Positions 19,698 to 29,521 of a DNA stretch of 64,000 nt are shown one piece after another; position 1 is the stretch's first letter, and each line of letters begins with the position of its first letter. The stretch is taken from contig CAJWNQ010000007.1 in the NCBI GenBank assembly GCA_913043905.1, forward strand, positions 391 through 64,390. Direction: 5' to 3'. This DNA is from an uncultured Rhodobacteraceae bacterium. GTDB taxonomy: Bacteria > Pseudomonadota > Alphaproteobacteria > Rhodobacterales > Rhodobacteraceae. The position numbers and the translations under genes are program-made. Below the pieces are notes generated by a model that ran no database searches, had not been told where the DNA came from, and saw only the letters and a program-made list of their open reading frames with translations.

Positions 19698-19923
19698 GAA
19701 AATTTTATGCTAGCCAAAATAAATCATTTGACACTGAAATGAGTGCAAATGAGATAAGTGCATTATAAACTGCACTAGGAAAAAATAAAGTTTTAGTTAA
19801 ACCTTCAAATTATGCTGAAAAGATTGGTTTAATCAATGGAAGCAAGCCATCATCTTTTGTTCTAACAAGTAATTAGCTACCTAACTTAAGTCTGACCGTT
19901 CAATGAAGTTACTAGTAATTTCA

Positions 19924-20478
19924 TTAAGGCGACAACCAAGTGCCTAACCAATTATTATGACAAACAAAGGAAGCTCTGCGATGACTTGTGCCAAGGTGCA
20001 CAAGATCTATTTCTTTCAAATTGCATTTTAATACCGCAAACCGATTTTGTTCGGCTGGCTTTTTGTAGGCATATGCATCTTCAATGGTTGTGCCCGGTGA
20101 AGGCACAGTGCCATAAGAAACTCGCGAACTGGGGGGCACTTTTGCCCATTGCACATCAGTATCTGAGCCAGTCAGAATTTCAACAAAAGCTGTTAACCTG
20201 ATTTGTAATTCTGCTTTTGGCAGCCAAATGTGAAATGCAGCATATGGATTATGTTCAAGTGCTGACACTTTAGGTGTTGCAATGTCAGTATGGACTTCAA
20301 GAACAGATCCAAAGCGAGAAGCTCCACGCAAAGCTACTGTGCGGGCTTCTGGCTTTCCCTCTCGTGAAACAGTGGCAAACGTAGGGTAACGGGCTGGCGA
20401 ACTACTATCAGTAACACCTAGGGCAAGGTGAACCCATGCCTCATCTAGAAAAGCCTTTAGATCGTTTGCATTATTCAT
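19924..20478 (-). CDS. Pyridoxamine 5'-phosphate oxidase-like FMN-binding split-barrel protein
   Basis: 184 aa with ..ARYPTFATVSREGKPEARTVALRG.., typical of PNPOx-fold proteins. It overlaps the upstream gene by 8 nt. Confidence 0.7.
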   Translation of the reverse strand: MNNANDLKAFLDEAWVHLALGVTDSSSPARYPTFATVSREGKPEARTVALRGASRFGSVLEVHTDIATPKVSALEHNPYAAFHIWLPKAELQIRLTAFVEILTGSDTDVQWAKVPPSSRVSYGTVPSPGTTIEDAYAYKKPAEQNRFAVLKCNLKEIDLVHLGTSHRRASFVCHNNWLGTWLSP

Positions 20479-21517
20479 AACCAGTCATCTCTAAATATCC
20501 TTGCCCTATATGGCTGCCCAAAACGTTAACTGGCCCTTCCCAATAAGGGATTGAAAGTTCCATCCAAGCATCAGGGTTCTGAGCAGTTACAATAATATCA
20601 ACGTTTTTATCTGGCAAAGTTACACGCCATTGAATAGGCAAATTACGATCTTTTGTAGTTTTATTATTTAGTGGAATAGCTGAAAATGCACCATTTGGAT
20701 AGGATGAAGTGCTTCCATCCGGTGTGATCCAAGTCGATGAGCTGTAAAGTGATCCATCGGTTTGGCGTAGTTGAAAACCCATCAGCTTTGCACCATCCAC
20801 AAACGATAACGAGAACCAGTCCCAACCAGATTGATCATCTGACAAAGGCTGTGACGACCATTCGCGGTCAAGCCAGGCATGCCCACTTACTTCAACGTTA
20901 CCTGTAGGTAGTTTCAGCGTTCCATCAATTGTAAAAAATGGCTGTGAATAGTAATAACTGGCTTGTCCTTGTTCCGATTTAACCGAATAGCCTTTATCTC
21001 CATGAAAAACCAATGGACCATTAGCTTGAAGCGACATGTCATATCCAAAATTAGGACCGTTTGCAGTGAGTGCCATTTTTTGGAAGTCTTCACCCTCTAA
21101 CACCCATTCATCAATCCAAGCACGAAATGGAGTTGCCTCCACACCCGCCTGCCCAATTCCACCACGGGCAAAACGTTCAGTGGCAAAGTGTTGGTCAGGC
21201 GTGGTAACTGCAGCATGCGCAAACCATACTTGTGGCGATAGCCAACCTGGGGCCTCTCCTGGCCTCAGCCCAGTTCTAAAGAGAGTCCATTGCAAACCAT
21301 AAGCTGTACCATCTGGACCATTTAAGTTCGCAGTTAAATACCACCACTCAATCCGATATTCAGGGTGTGGCCCATGGTCAGTAGGAAAGCTGAAAGTTGG
21401 ATTTAGCTCTGGATTTGCAAACCCATCAGCCCTAGAGCCAAGGTCAGAAAACCCTTGTGCCACAACACTCAAAGGCCAAAAAAATATAAGAAATAATATT
21501 TTAACGTTCACTAGCAA
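20471..21517 (-). CDS. AttH-like secreted protein (CrtC/hydroxyneurosporene-synthase-like N-domain + lipocalin-like domain)
   Basis: Signal peptide and the motif EYRIEWWYLTANL typical of AttH/CrtC-family proteins. It follows the FtsX-type permease as in attEFGH. The start codon is uncertain (TTG at 21517). Confidence 0.7.
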   Translation of the reverse strand: MLVNVKILFLIFFWPLSVVAQGFSDLGSRADGFANPELNPTFSFPTDHGPHPEYRIEWWYLTANLNGPDGTAYGLQWTLFRTGLRPGEAPGWLSPQVWFAHAAVTTPDQHFATERFARGGIGQAGVEATPFRAWIDEWVLEGEDFQKMALTANGPNFGYDMSLQANGPLVFHGDKGYSVKSEQGQASYYYSQPFFTIDGTLKLPTGNVEVSGHAWLDREWSSQPLSDDQSGWDWFSLSFVDGAKLMGFQLRQTDGSLYSSSTWITPDGSTSSYPNGAFSAIPLNNKTTKDRNLPIQWRVTLPDKNVDIIVTAQNPDAWMELSIPYWEGPVNVLGSHIGQGYLEMTGYE

Positions 21518-23882
21518 AGACTCTCAATAAGGTTGATGGCGGCGTGCGCATGAGGCGAACAGCAGGCCACATGGCAGCTAAAAACGCAGCAATTAAAGCG
21601 TAACCTCCTAGTTCTAAATATTTAAGCGGAAACAGATACATTGGCAATTGCCATCCAAATGCCTCAACATTGATAATCGTTAGTAATATCCATGCAAGTG
21701 CGAGACCCATCGGAATAGCACAGACAAACACTATCCCAGCAAGCAAGACAGCACGCAATAGCTCTAACCACGCCAAACGGCGACGTGTGAGCCCTAATGC
21801 CCAGACAGGTGCAAGCTGTGGGACACGCAAATCAGCCAATGTCAGAAGGCTCATCAAAATGGCAAAGCTAGCAACGCCTAATGTTAAAACATTTAAAGCC
21901 GATGTTACTACAAACGTTCTCTCAAACACTTCAAGTGATAGTGCTTTTATTCCCACCTGGTTAATAATTGCGTTATTTTTGATGCCAAGTGTATTCACAA
22001 TTTGCGTGCGTAAAAAAGATGCATCTTGAGTACGCACCCCAAACTTTGATGCGTAGAGGTTTGGATATAAATCTTTAAAAGTTCGTTCAGTTATAATAAC
22101 CTGCCCTTGTGGATTACCATAATCACCGACCACTCCCGCAATAGGTAGTATTAAATCACGGTTCACTTGCACCAAATTTCCAACCCATAGGTCTGCACGT
22201 CGTGCAAATTGTTCATTGACAACAACCGCCTTGCCACTCTCAATGATATCCCATGCATTAAGAGTATTATCTAAAAAAATCCAATTATTTCGGTAGGTTT
22301 GGCCGACACGGATGCCATATAGATCTACAGGCAAGTCGGCTATTACAACTTGTGTTGTAAGTAAGGGCAAAACCTCGATCTGGCGGTTCATTAAAAATAT
22401 TTCTAATGCAGCACTTTGGTTAGCTGTTTCTACTTCCACGAAGAGCTCTGGCGCAAGCCTTTGATCAAGAAATTCTATAAAGGTTTGCCGAAAGCTTGAT
22501 ACCATAGTTGAGACACCAATATTGGCTGCGACTGCTAGTAAAAGAGCTATAAGCGCAAGACTAAGGCCTGGTAGTTGCTGTCTGGTATCAGCCCAGAACC
22601 ATACCCAAACTGGTGCAACAGTATACTTTTGAACCACAGTTAGAATGCCTCCCAATAGGGGGGGTAAAGCCAATGCTGCACCAACCAGCAAACACCCCAG
22701 TAAAATAAACCCCGCCAACAAGCCTTCCAAAATCAAGGCTAATGGTACTGTGGAAAATAACAGTGTAATGGCTATAATTAATTGCAATCGAAACCGTGAC
22801 CCAGTTGCAATAACCCATGCACGAGGCTTAGCACTTGCTAAAAGTGGCATTTGTATAATCTGCCAGATCCGTGATGAAAGTGCTAGTGCTGTCCCAATTA
22901 ATGCAAGTATCATACCTGATAACCACCAAGATGCACGTAATTCGAGTGTACCTGAGATTTGCGCGCCATAAAGGCCCTTCAATGTAGCAGCAACATCTGG
23001 TAGCAAGAAAGCGGCAATAAAATAACCCAAGGCAATACCAAACCCCGCCCCAATAACAGCTAAAGTCATCATCTCAAGAGTAATCAGCGAAATAAGGGTA
23101 CGCATTGGCACGCCAAGTGAGCGAATAGTACGGATCATGCCCCGCCTTTGCTCAAATGCTAAACCAATAGTGCTGTTTACTATAAATAAACCAACAGCAA
23201 AACTTAACAGGCCAAAGGCAGTCAAATTCAAATGAAAGCTACTCGTAAGTTGTGCAACATTCGTTACTGTATGTGCAGATTGAACCCGTAAGTTGGGCGC
23301 TATCATACTTAGACTTGGCTGGGTAATAGGCTGGTTTGGCAACAAAATGAGGTGGGTCAAATCATCCCGCTTTAGCATCCTTTGAACAAGGCCAATGTCA
23401 CCTATGGCTATGCCCGGTGCAATACTTGTATCCACTGTAACATTAGCCAACATAGCAACTTTAAGCGCGGTTTCTTCATTTGCAAGTAAGGTATCGTAGG
23501 TAATCCCAGATGGCTCTTTAGCTAAATTAGGTAATCCTGTAGCAGAAGTCACAAGATCAATACCGAAGAGGCGTACATCGTTGATCCGCGCGTCAATTAC
23601 CGGTGAGACTAGCCAACCTGATTTTCTAAGCAAAACATAAACATCTTGTGGAATGCGGTTACCTTGCTTTGGGATCAATAGGTCATACTGGCCCTCACCT
23701 AATGTTTTGGCCGCCGCATCGTAGCTAGCGCGGGCTTCCGAATTAATAGCCTGCACCCCAGACCAAAGTGCCGTGGCTAAGGCAAGACCTGCTAAATATG
23801 CGAATAATTGAACCGGATTACGCCACCAATGAGATAAGAGTGCCCTCAGGCACCAGGTGGTCATACCAAAAAACCATTGCAA
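21501..23882 (-). CDS. FtsX-family ABC permease with duplicated 4-TM modules (YbbP/AttFG-like, MacB superfamily)
   Basis: 793 aa, two FtsX-type TM bundles separated by large extracytoplasmic domains. An alternative start at 23864 gives an ATGA overlap with the ATPase stop. Confidence 0.85.
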   Translation of the reverse strand: MQWFFGMTTWCLRALLSHWWRNPVQLFAYLAGLALATALWSGVQAINSEARASYDAAAKTLGEGQYDLLIPKQGNRIPQDVYVLLRKSGWLVSPVIDARINDVRLFGIDLVTSATGLPNLAKEPSGITYDTLLANEETALKVAMLANVTVDTSIAPGIAIGDIGLVQRMLKRDDLTHLILLPNQPITQPSLSMIAPNLRVQSAHTVTNVAQLTSSFHLNLTAFGLLSFAVGLFIVNSTIGLAFEQRRGMIRTIRSLGVPMRTLISLITLEMMTLAVIGAGFGIALGYFIAAFLLPDVAATLKGLYGAQISGTLELRASWWLSGMILALIGTALALSSRIWQIIQMPLLASAKPRAWVIATGSRFRLQLIIAITLLFSTVPLALILEGLLAGFILLGCLLVGAALALPPLLGGILTVVQKYTVAPVWVWFWADTRQQLPGLSLALIALLLAVAANIGVSTMVSSFRQTFIEFLDQRLAPELFVEVETANQSAALEIFLMNRQIEVLPLLTTQVVIADLPVDLYGIRVGQTYRNNWIFLDNTLNAWDIIESGKAVVVNEQFARRADLWVGNLVQVNRDLILPIAGVVGDYGNPQGQVIITERTFKDLYPNLYASKFGVRTQDASFLRTQIVNTLGIKNNAIINQVGIKALSLEVFERTFVVTSALNVLTLGVASFAILMSLLTLADLRVPQLAPVWALGLTRRRLAWLELLRAVLLAGIVFVCAIPMGLALAWILLTIINVEAFGWQLPMYLFPLKYLELGGYALIAAFLAAMWPAVRLMRTPPSTLLRVFASER

Positions 23883-24517
23883 AGATGCAATTGACGATTC
23901 ATACGGGCAGCTATGTTTTTGGAATGGGTTACAATCATCAATGCTGTACCTGTTTGTGCAACTAATTTTAGCATTTGATCTAACACATTTTCAGCAGTTG
24001 CCTCATCAAGATTGCCAGTAGGCTCATCTGCAAGCATCAGCTTTGGCTTTGCTGCAATTGCCCGCGCGATGGCAACGCGCTGCTGTTGCCCACCGGATAA
24101 AGCCTCTGGATATTTTTGCATTTGCTCTAGTAAGCCTAAGGAGGACACAATCTGTTTTATATGAACCAAGTCTGGTGTTCCTGATAGCGCCGATTGAAAT
24201 GCAATATTTGCAGCCACTGTCAAGGAAGGAATTAGATTGAACTGTTGAAAAACCAAAGCAATGTCTGTCCTACGTAATTGAGCACGTGCGCCATCATCGA
24301 GCTGTGATAGCTCCTTCCCAGACACCCATACTCGACCTGCATCTGCTGCCTCTAAGGCGCCTGCTATATGCAGTAACGTACTTTTTCCACTACCAGATTC
24401 TCCACGCAATGCCAAAGTATGACCAGCCTCAAGATCAAAGCTGACGCCTTGTAAAACAGGCACGAGCTCTTCGCTATTACGAAAAGATTTTTTAACCCCT
24501 TCTAATCTTAGAACCAT
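23861..24517 (-). CDS. ABC transporter ATP-binding protein (YbbA/LolD/AttE-like)
   Basis: Walker [10 protein letters not shown], signature [14 protein letters not shown], Walker [13 protein letters not shown]. The ATG at 24517 is preceded by TAAGGAG. Confidence 0.9.
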   Translation of the reverse strand: MVLRLEGVKKSFRNSEELVPVLQGVSFDLEAGHTLALRGESGSGKSTLLHIAGALEAADAGRVWVSGKELSQLDDGARAQLRRTDIALVFQQFNLIPSLTVAANIAFQSALSGTPDLVHIKQIVSSLGLLEQMQKYPEALSGGQQQRVAIARAIAAKPKLMLADEPTGNLDEATAENVLDQMLKLVAQTGTALMIVTHSKNIAARMNRQLHLCNGFLV

Positions 24518-24802
24518 GATAAACTCCTTACATGGTTTGATGTATATCGCACCTACACTTTTGACAAGTTTACTTAAATTTACGTGTATTTTAAAGTAGA
24601 TTACAAAATTTATATGCACCAAAAAGACAATGGCCAAATAAATCTAATAGCACTCTCCAAATTTTTTATATCATTCAATAAAATTGACTTGTGTTTTGAT
24701 ACTTACTTACTGAAAATAATAGTGCTTTTTTATAGTTGATACTTGCATTAAAAATGTTGAAAATAATTTTTTAAACTATTTTTAAATTTGGAGAATATAA
24801 AT

Positions 24803-25090
24803 ATGAGTTATGCACGCATAAATAATATAACGTTTATATCAGAAGAATTCGGCGATAAAATACAAGCTAATTATTCTGCAACTGCACCTGCAGGCTTTCC
24901 CGAAGCTGAAATATTAACATTTGTAAGAACTGGCCCACTAACAGCATCTTTAACTTCAATTTATCCAAACAAAGCAGCATATGATAGGTCGGCAGACGAA
25001 AGAAAAAAACGTATGGCTGGAAATGAAAAAATGATTGCAAACGTTGAAATGCAGGAAGGTGACGTAGCCTTAGCTCATATTAATAAATAA
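24803..25090 (+). CDS. Small hypothetical protein (possibly dimeric alpha/beta-barrel fold)
   Basis: 95 aa starting from an ATG preceded by TTGGAGAA. No motif recognised. Confidence 0.5.
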   Translation: MSYARINNITFISEEFGDKIQANYSATAPAGFPEAEILTFVRTGPLTASLTSIYPNKAAYDRSADERKKRMAGNEKMIANVEMQEGDVALAHINK

Positions 25091-25140
25091 TATTTAAAAA
25101 TAAATTTAATGTTCAATTCCACAAATACACGGAGAAGATT

Positions 25141-25425
25141 ATGCGAAAACTATCAATAATACGTTTCAAACCAAAACCTGAGCACTATCAAGAATTCATT
25201 CAGAAAATAACAGTTTACCACAAGGCATCTTTTTCAGTCAAAGATCATTACTTAATGACTAAAGGAGAAGAAGTCGTCGCAGTGGTAGTCAGAGATGAAT
25301 CCACACTTCAAGAAAATATAGATAAGGGTGTTAGTTGGTTGAATACAGTGCGCCCACTGTTGCTTGAATTTAATGATGTTGACCACCACACAATACCAAT
25401 GACTGGTGACATTATTGAGATGTAA
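25141..25425 (+). CDS. Small hypothetical protein (possibly dimeric alpha/beta-barrel fold)
   Basis: 94 aa, preceded by the RBS GGAGAAG. Confidence 0.5.
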   Translation: MRKLSIIRFKPKPEHYQEFIQKITVYHKASFSVKDHYLMTKGEEVVAVVVRDESTLQENIDKGVSWLNTVRPLLLEFNDVDHHTIPMTGDIIEM

Positions 25426-25595
25426 ACTAAAAAATATCGATATCCCAAAGCAGCTAATACTTACTTAGCTACACTAACAATATAAAGCTGAGTAAAACAT
25501 ATTAATTAACTTTGATTAGTTATTACTATTTTTCTCAGCCTAGATCGAACAACTAAAATATCATGCATTTCACTACACCTAACCCAAGAGGTCTT

Positions 25596-26243
25596 ATGAA
25601 AAAAATAGTAACAGCCATCATTTACATTTTGGCAATAACACCTGACTTGGTTAATGGCCAACAAATTGACTTTGGCAACGCTTGGAAAGAGCAGCGTTTT
25701 TCAATATTTAGTAGTAACGATTATACCTTAAATGGCGATAGCCTTGACATAAAGTCCAAGGGAACAGTATCTCTTTTATGGAGTTTTTTACCTCCAGAAA
25801 TGTGGAACAAAAAATATGCTTCTTGGGAATGGGCTGTGGAAAAATCAGTGCCCGCCTCGGATCTCACACAAAAGGGCGGTGATGATCGAAATTTAGCATT
25901 ATATTTTATATTTTTGCCAAAGGAATTAGCAAAAGTAGCTCAGGATAATAACGTAAGAGCCCTTCTAAACAATCCAGATGTACGTATTTTAATGTACGTT
26001 TGGGGAGGAGCTCATAAACTCCAACAGATAGTCTCCAGCCCCCACCTAGGCTCACGAGGACAAAGCATCATTAAACAACTTTCAGGCACAGGCACGGCGT
26101 TAGAGTTTGTAGATCTGAGACTAGATCATAAGCGTGCATTTAGTGAAGATGCAGAAAGCCTGGTTGGCTTGGCAGTATCATCAGACAGCGATGATACTCA
26201 AACAGAAGTCTTAGCGAAGATATCGCAGTTACGAATTGAATAA
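25596..26243 (+). CDS. Secreted DUF3047-like protein
   Basis: Signal peptide MKKIVTAIIYILAI... Size and the GGDDRNLALYFIF segment resemble DUF3047 (..DDY.aRvYvvF..). Family assignment is from memory. Confidence 0.55.
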   Translation: MKKIVTAIIYILAITPDLVNGQQIDFGNAWKEQRFSIFSSNDYTLNGDSLDIKSKGTVSLLWSFLPPEMWNKKYASWEWAVEKSVPASDLTQKGGDDRNLALYFIFLPKELAKVAQDNNVRALLNNPDVRILMYVWGGAHKLQQIVSSPHLGSRGQSIIKQLSGTGTALEFVDLRLDHKRAFSEDAESLVGLAVSSDSDDTQTEVLAKISQLRIE

Positions 26244-26313
26244 ACTTTTTTAATCTACTTAACTTTGTAATTACTTTGGTAATATTGACAAATTTAATTT
26301 TCAGAAAAAACTA

Positions 26314-27051
26314 TTATCGTAAGACTGATTTCAAAAACTCTTGCGTCCGTGCAACCTTTGGTTTGCTAAACAATTGATTTGGGGGGCCCTGTTCAACAAT
26401 CATGCCACCGTCAATAAAACACACACGGTCTGCCAATTCACGAGCAAAACCCATCTCATGAGTAGCGAGGATCATGGTCATACCCTCAGTACGTAATTGG
26501 CGCAGAACATCTAAAACTTCGCCCACAAGCTCTGGATCAAGGGCTGACGTAATTTCATCAAAAAGCATTATTTCTGGGCGCATTGTAAGTGCACGAATAA
26601 CTGCCACGCGTTGCTGTTGCCCACCTGACAATTGGTCTGGATATTTGTCTTTGTGCGACAACAAACCGAACCGCGCAAATTTTTCTTCTGCACGTAGTCG
26701 TAAAGATTGAGGATCCTCATTTAAAACTCGGCGTGGCGCTAGTAAAACGTTATCCATAGCTGTCATGTGCGGAAATAGATTAAAGGATTGGAAGACGATG
26801 CCAATGCGCCGTCGAATGGGGCCTAAATCAAGGCCCGGTTCAGAAATATCCACTCCATCCAGCCAGACAGTGCCCTCATCAACTGGCTCTAGCTGGTTGA
26901 TGCAGCGTAAAAGTGTGGACTTTCCTGAGCCCGATGCCCCAATTAGACAAATCATTTCGCCCTCAGTGACCTCTAAATCAATATTTTTCAAGACAGCCTG
27001 ACCACCAAACGATTTGGTTACACCACGCAGGCTTAACTTAGCTCCTGGCAT
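26314..27051 (-). CDS. Polar amino-acid ABC transporter ATP-binding protein (GlnQ/HisP-like)
   Basis: [37 protein letters not shown]. Confidence 0.9.
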   Translation of the reverse strand: MPGAKLSLRGVTKSFGGQAVLKNIDLEVTEGEMICLIGASGSGKSTLLRCINQLEPVDEGTVWLDGVDISEPGLDLGPIRRRIGIVFQSFNLFPHMTAMDNVLLAPRRVLNEDPQSLRLRAEEKFARFGLLSHKDKYPDQLSGGQQQRVAVIRALTMRPEIMLFDEITSALDPELVGEVLDVLRQLRTEGMTMILATHEMGFARELADRVCFIDGGMIVEQGPPNQLFSKPKVARTQEFLKSVLR

Positions 27052-27847
27052 TGCGATCCCTATTCATCAAATAATCTGCATAACGGGTTGCTGGTACTGT
27101 CACACACAAAAAGATTAGTGCAGCTGCAACATATGGGGTAAAATTTGCTAGCAAACTTTTGAAAATACCAGCTTGGCGCAATATTTCAACTGGACCAATA
27201 AAGCTCAGCAATGCGACATCTTTCTGCAATGCAACGAGCATATTCATATTGGCAGGGATCACACGTCGAATGGCTTGGGGTAAAATGACGTACCTCATTG
27301 TATCACGCTCAGACATGCCAAGGCATATAGAGGCAGCACGCTGGCTCGCATGAATGCTTTCAATACCACCACGCAAGACTTCAGCAATATAAGCAGAATA
27401 TGTCAGGACTAGAGCTACTGTGCCCCAAATGTAGGGACTATTCCAAGGGCGGGGAAGCCCGAGACCAGGAATCCCAAAGCCAACCAGATAGATAACTAAA
27501 ACAACAGGGACACCCCTAAAAATATCGACATAGGCTGCGCCAAATATTCGCAATGGAAACAATGCAGGAGAGCGGACAGCACGCGCTAAAGCAATCGCTA
27601 GACCAAGAGAAAATATTAGTGGAACTGACCATGCAAATATAGCCATATCCCAAAGAAAAGCTTTTAGTAGTTTCGGGAAGGTCTTTGCAAAGACCTCCCC
27701 ACTAAAAAAACTCGCTTTCACGCCTTCCCAACCTGGAGCTAAGGGCACAAGCATCACAATGGCCAGAACAACCAATGCAGTGCTCCCCCCAGCTATAAGC
27801 ATAGACTTTCGGCGCAGGCGCGTTTCGTATTTTTGACGTTTATTCAC
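27038..27847 (-). CDS. Polar amino-acid ABC transporter permease (HisM/GlnP family)
   Basis: 269-aa polytopic protein with an EAA-type loop (ESIHASQRAASICLGMSERDTMRYVILPQA). It overlaps the ATPase gene. Confidence 0.9.
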   Translation of the reverse strand: MNKRQKYETRLRRKSMLIAGGSTALVVLAIVMLVPLAPGWEGVKASFFSGEVFAKTFPKLLKAFLWDMAIFAWSVPLIFSLGLAIALARAVRSPALFPLRIFGAAYVDIFRGVPVVLVIYLVGFGIPGLGLPRPWNSPYIWGTVALVLTYSAYIAEVLRGGIESIHASQRAASICLGMSERDTMRYVILPQAIRRVIPANMNMLVALQKDVALLSFIGPVEILRQAGIFKSLLANFTPYVAAALIFLCVTVPATRYADYLMNRDRNARS

Positions 27848-27849
27848 TG

Positions 27850-28659
27850 TTATTTAATTAATGGAACGCCGGTTGTTTCTTGCAACCAAGTAGCTTCGAT
27901 GCCACCCAGAGTACCGTCAGCCTTCATACTTGATAATGCTACATCTACGCATTCTTTCAGTGAATTACCCTCAGCCATGATCATACCAAACCGATCAAGA
28001 TCAGTTGCTTCATTTGCTGGAAACTGACCCAAGACCTGACCTCCATCTAATACAACGGCAGATAAATACAGCGCGGTTGGAAGGTCAAATAATGCCGCAT
28101 CAATCTGGCCAGCTTTCATCGCTTCGACGATGTTCGCATTGTCATCATAAATTAGGGTACTTGCAGTCGGGGCAATAGTATCTGTAATCATTGGCAATCC
28201 AGTGGTTGATGCAGCAGCACCCCAAACTAAGCCTTTTAATTCTGCCATCGATGGCTCAAGCTTGTCCGCACTCCGCACCAAGACAGCCATCGGGGCAGTA
28301 TAATAAGAAATTGAGAAATCAACGACTTTATCACGATCTTCTGTAATGGAGAACTGTTGGATATTCAGATCAAAATCTTTTGCACCAGGCTGAATGGCTT
28401 GATCAAAAGATGTCCGTGTCCATTCAACATTACTTGCTGAAAATCCCATCCTTTCGGCTAATGCATAAGCTACAGCAGCTTCATAACCCTTTCCTGATTC
28501 CGGGGCATCGTCCATTACCCAAGGGTAATACGCTGGATTACCAGTCGCGATAGTTAATGTGCCCTCTGTTAAGGTTTTGCCATCAGCACATGATTGAGCA
28601 AACACAGGAGCCGCCAAAAGCATAACAGCCAAGGTTGTAGTAATCAGTTGAGTTTTCAT
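27850..28659 (-). CDS. Family-3 periplasmic amino-acid-binding protein
   Basis: Signal peptide plus size and position at the head of the ABC operon. Confidence 0.85.
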   Translation of the reverse strand: MKTQLITTTLAVMLLAAPVFAQSCADGKTLTEGTLTIATGNPAYYPWVMDDAPESGKGYEAAVAYALAERMGFSASNVEWTRTSFDQAIQPGAKDFDLNIQQFSITEDRDKVVDFSISYYTAPMAVLVRSADKLEPSMAELKGLVWGAAASTTGLPMITDTIAPTASTLIYDDNANIVEAMKAGQIDAALFDLPTALYLSAVVLDGGQVLGQFPANEATDLDRFGMIMAEGNSLKECVDVALSSMKADGTLGGIEATWLQETTGVPLIK

Positions 28660-29037
28660 AATTTTCTCCTAGAATTTACTCAATCCTATACTAAGATTAA
28701 AAGTAAAATTATTTTTAAATTTATATTTTAAAGTTATTCTCCCTACCCTTTAATTGGCAAGCGCAAAATGTTTTATTTGTAAATTATTAACATATCTCAT
28801 TATGCTTCTTTATCCCGAAGAGTGGCAAATTTCATTAGTTTTGCATTCATAAAAATAATAGATGAGCTCTTTATATTTAATCAATAGATTACAAATCATA
28901 ATTTTTGCACATCTCTCCATTTAATCTTCAAATTAATTTCATCATGGCTGCATTTTCACAAAGCATTGCTGTCCAAGGCGGCAGGAAAGAGTCGTTGAGC
29001 AGAAGTTAGTAATTTACCTCAGCTAACCTCCTAACTT

Positions 29038-29083
29038 CCCCCTAGCAACGTTTCATGGTCGCATGTCGCTGGGGGGCTTTTAT
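29038..29083 (+). terminator. Orphan intrinsic-terminator-like hairpin + U-tract upstream of a small secreted-protein gene (attenuator or 3' end of an unannotated sRNA)
   Basis: CCCCCTAGC (29038-29046) pairs with GCTGGGGGG (29068-29076), giving 9 bp with one G:U. It is followed by CTTTTAT. No plus-strand gene ends upstream of it. Confidence 0.35.
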
Positions 29084-29106
29084 GAATGACCAATATGGAG
29101 AATAAA

Positions 29107-29349
29107 ATGAAACTTTTAATGACAGTAGGGGCATTGAGCCTATTTGCAATATCAGCATCTGCTGGAGTAATGCTTGAAGATAGCCATAAACCAAAAATAA
29201 GTAAGGTAAATACAATAAAGAAAATGCCAAATTATAAAACTGGTTATAAGGATCAAACATTAGAACAAGCGCAGCAGGGCGAATTATACACGATAGCCAA
29301 TACTAATGTTTACGCACAGCGCACTAGTAAGAACCCTGTTGCACGTTAA
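29107..29349 (+). CDS. Small secreted hypothetical protein
   Basis: The ATG at 29107 is preceded by GGAGA. Signal peptide MKLLMTVGALSLFAISASA. 80 aa. Confidence 0.55.
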   Translation: MKLLMTVGALSLFAISASAGVMLEDSHKPKISKVNTIKKMPNYKTGYKDQTLEQAQQGELYTIANTNVYAQRTSKNPVAR

Positions 29350-29370
29350 TTTGTGAAACTCGGTTACATA

Positions 29371-29402
29371 TGTGGTGGTAGTTAAAAGTAGTTACCACCA
29401 CA
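29371..29402 (+). terminator. Perfect 10-bp hairpin after the small secreted-protein gene
   Basis: TGTGGTGGTA (29371-29380) pairs with TACCACCACA (29393-29402) around a 12-nt loop. No adjacent U-tract. Confidence 0.35.
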
Positions 29403-29521
29403 CCACAATTATAATATATGACTACCCATCCAAAACCCCATTTTTTTTCTAAACTTTACTAAAAAAATTTGATATCAGTTATTTGATAAAATTAGCACCA
29501 GTAATGCTACTAATAATTGAT

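Noticed and set aside
28811-28826. The intergenic 16-mer TATCCCGAAGAGTGGC recurs with one mismatch at 40960-40975 (TATCCCGAAGATTGGC). I considered a shared regulatory or att-like site.
   Set aside because: The flanks show no further similarity. A single 15/16 match is within what chance can produce when comparing 64 kb against itself on both strands. It is worth a genome-wide motif count but is not supportable from this window.
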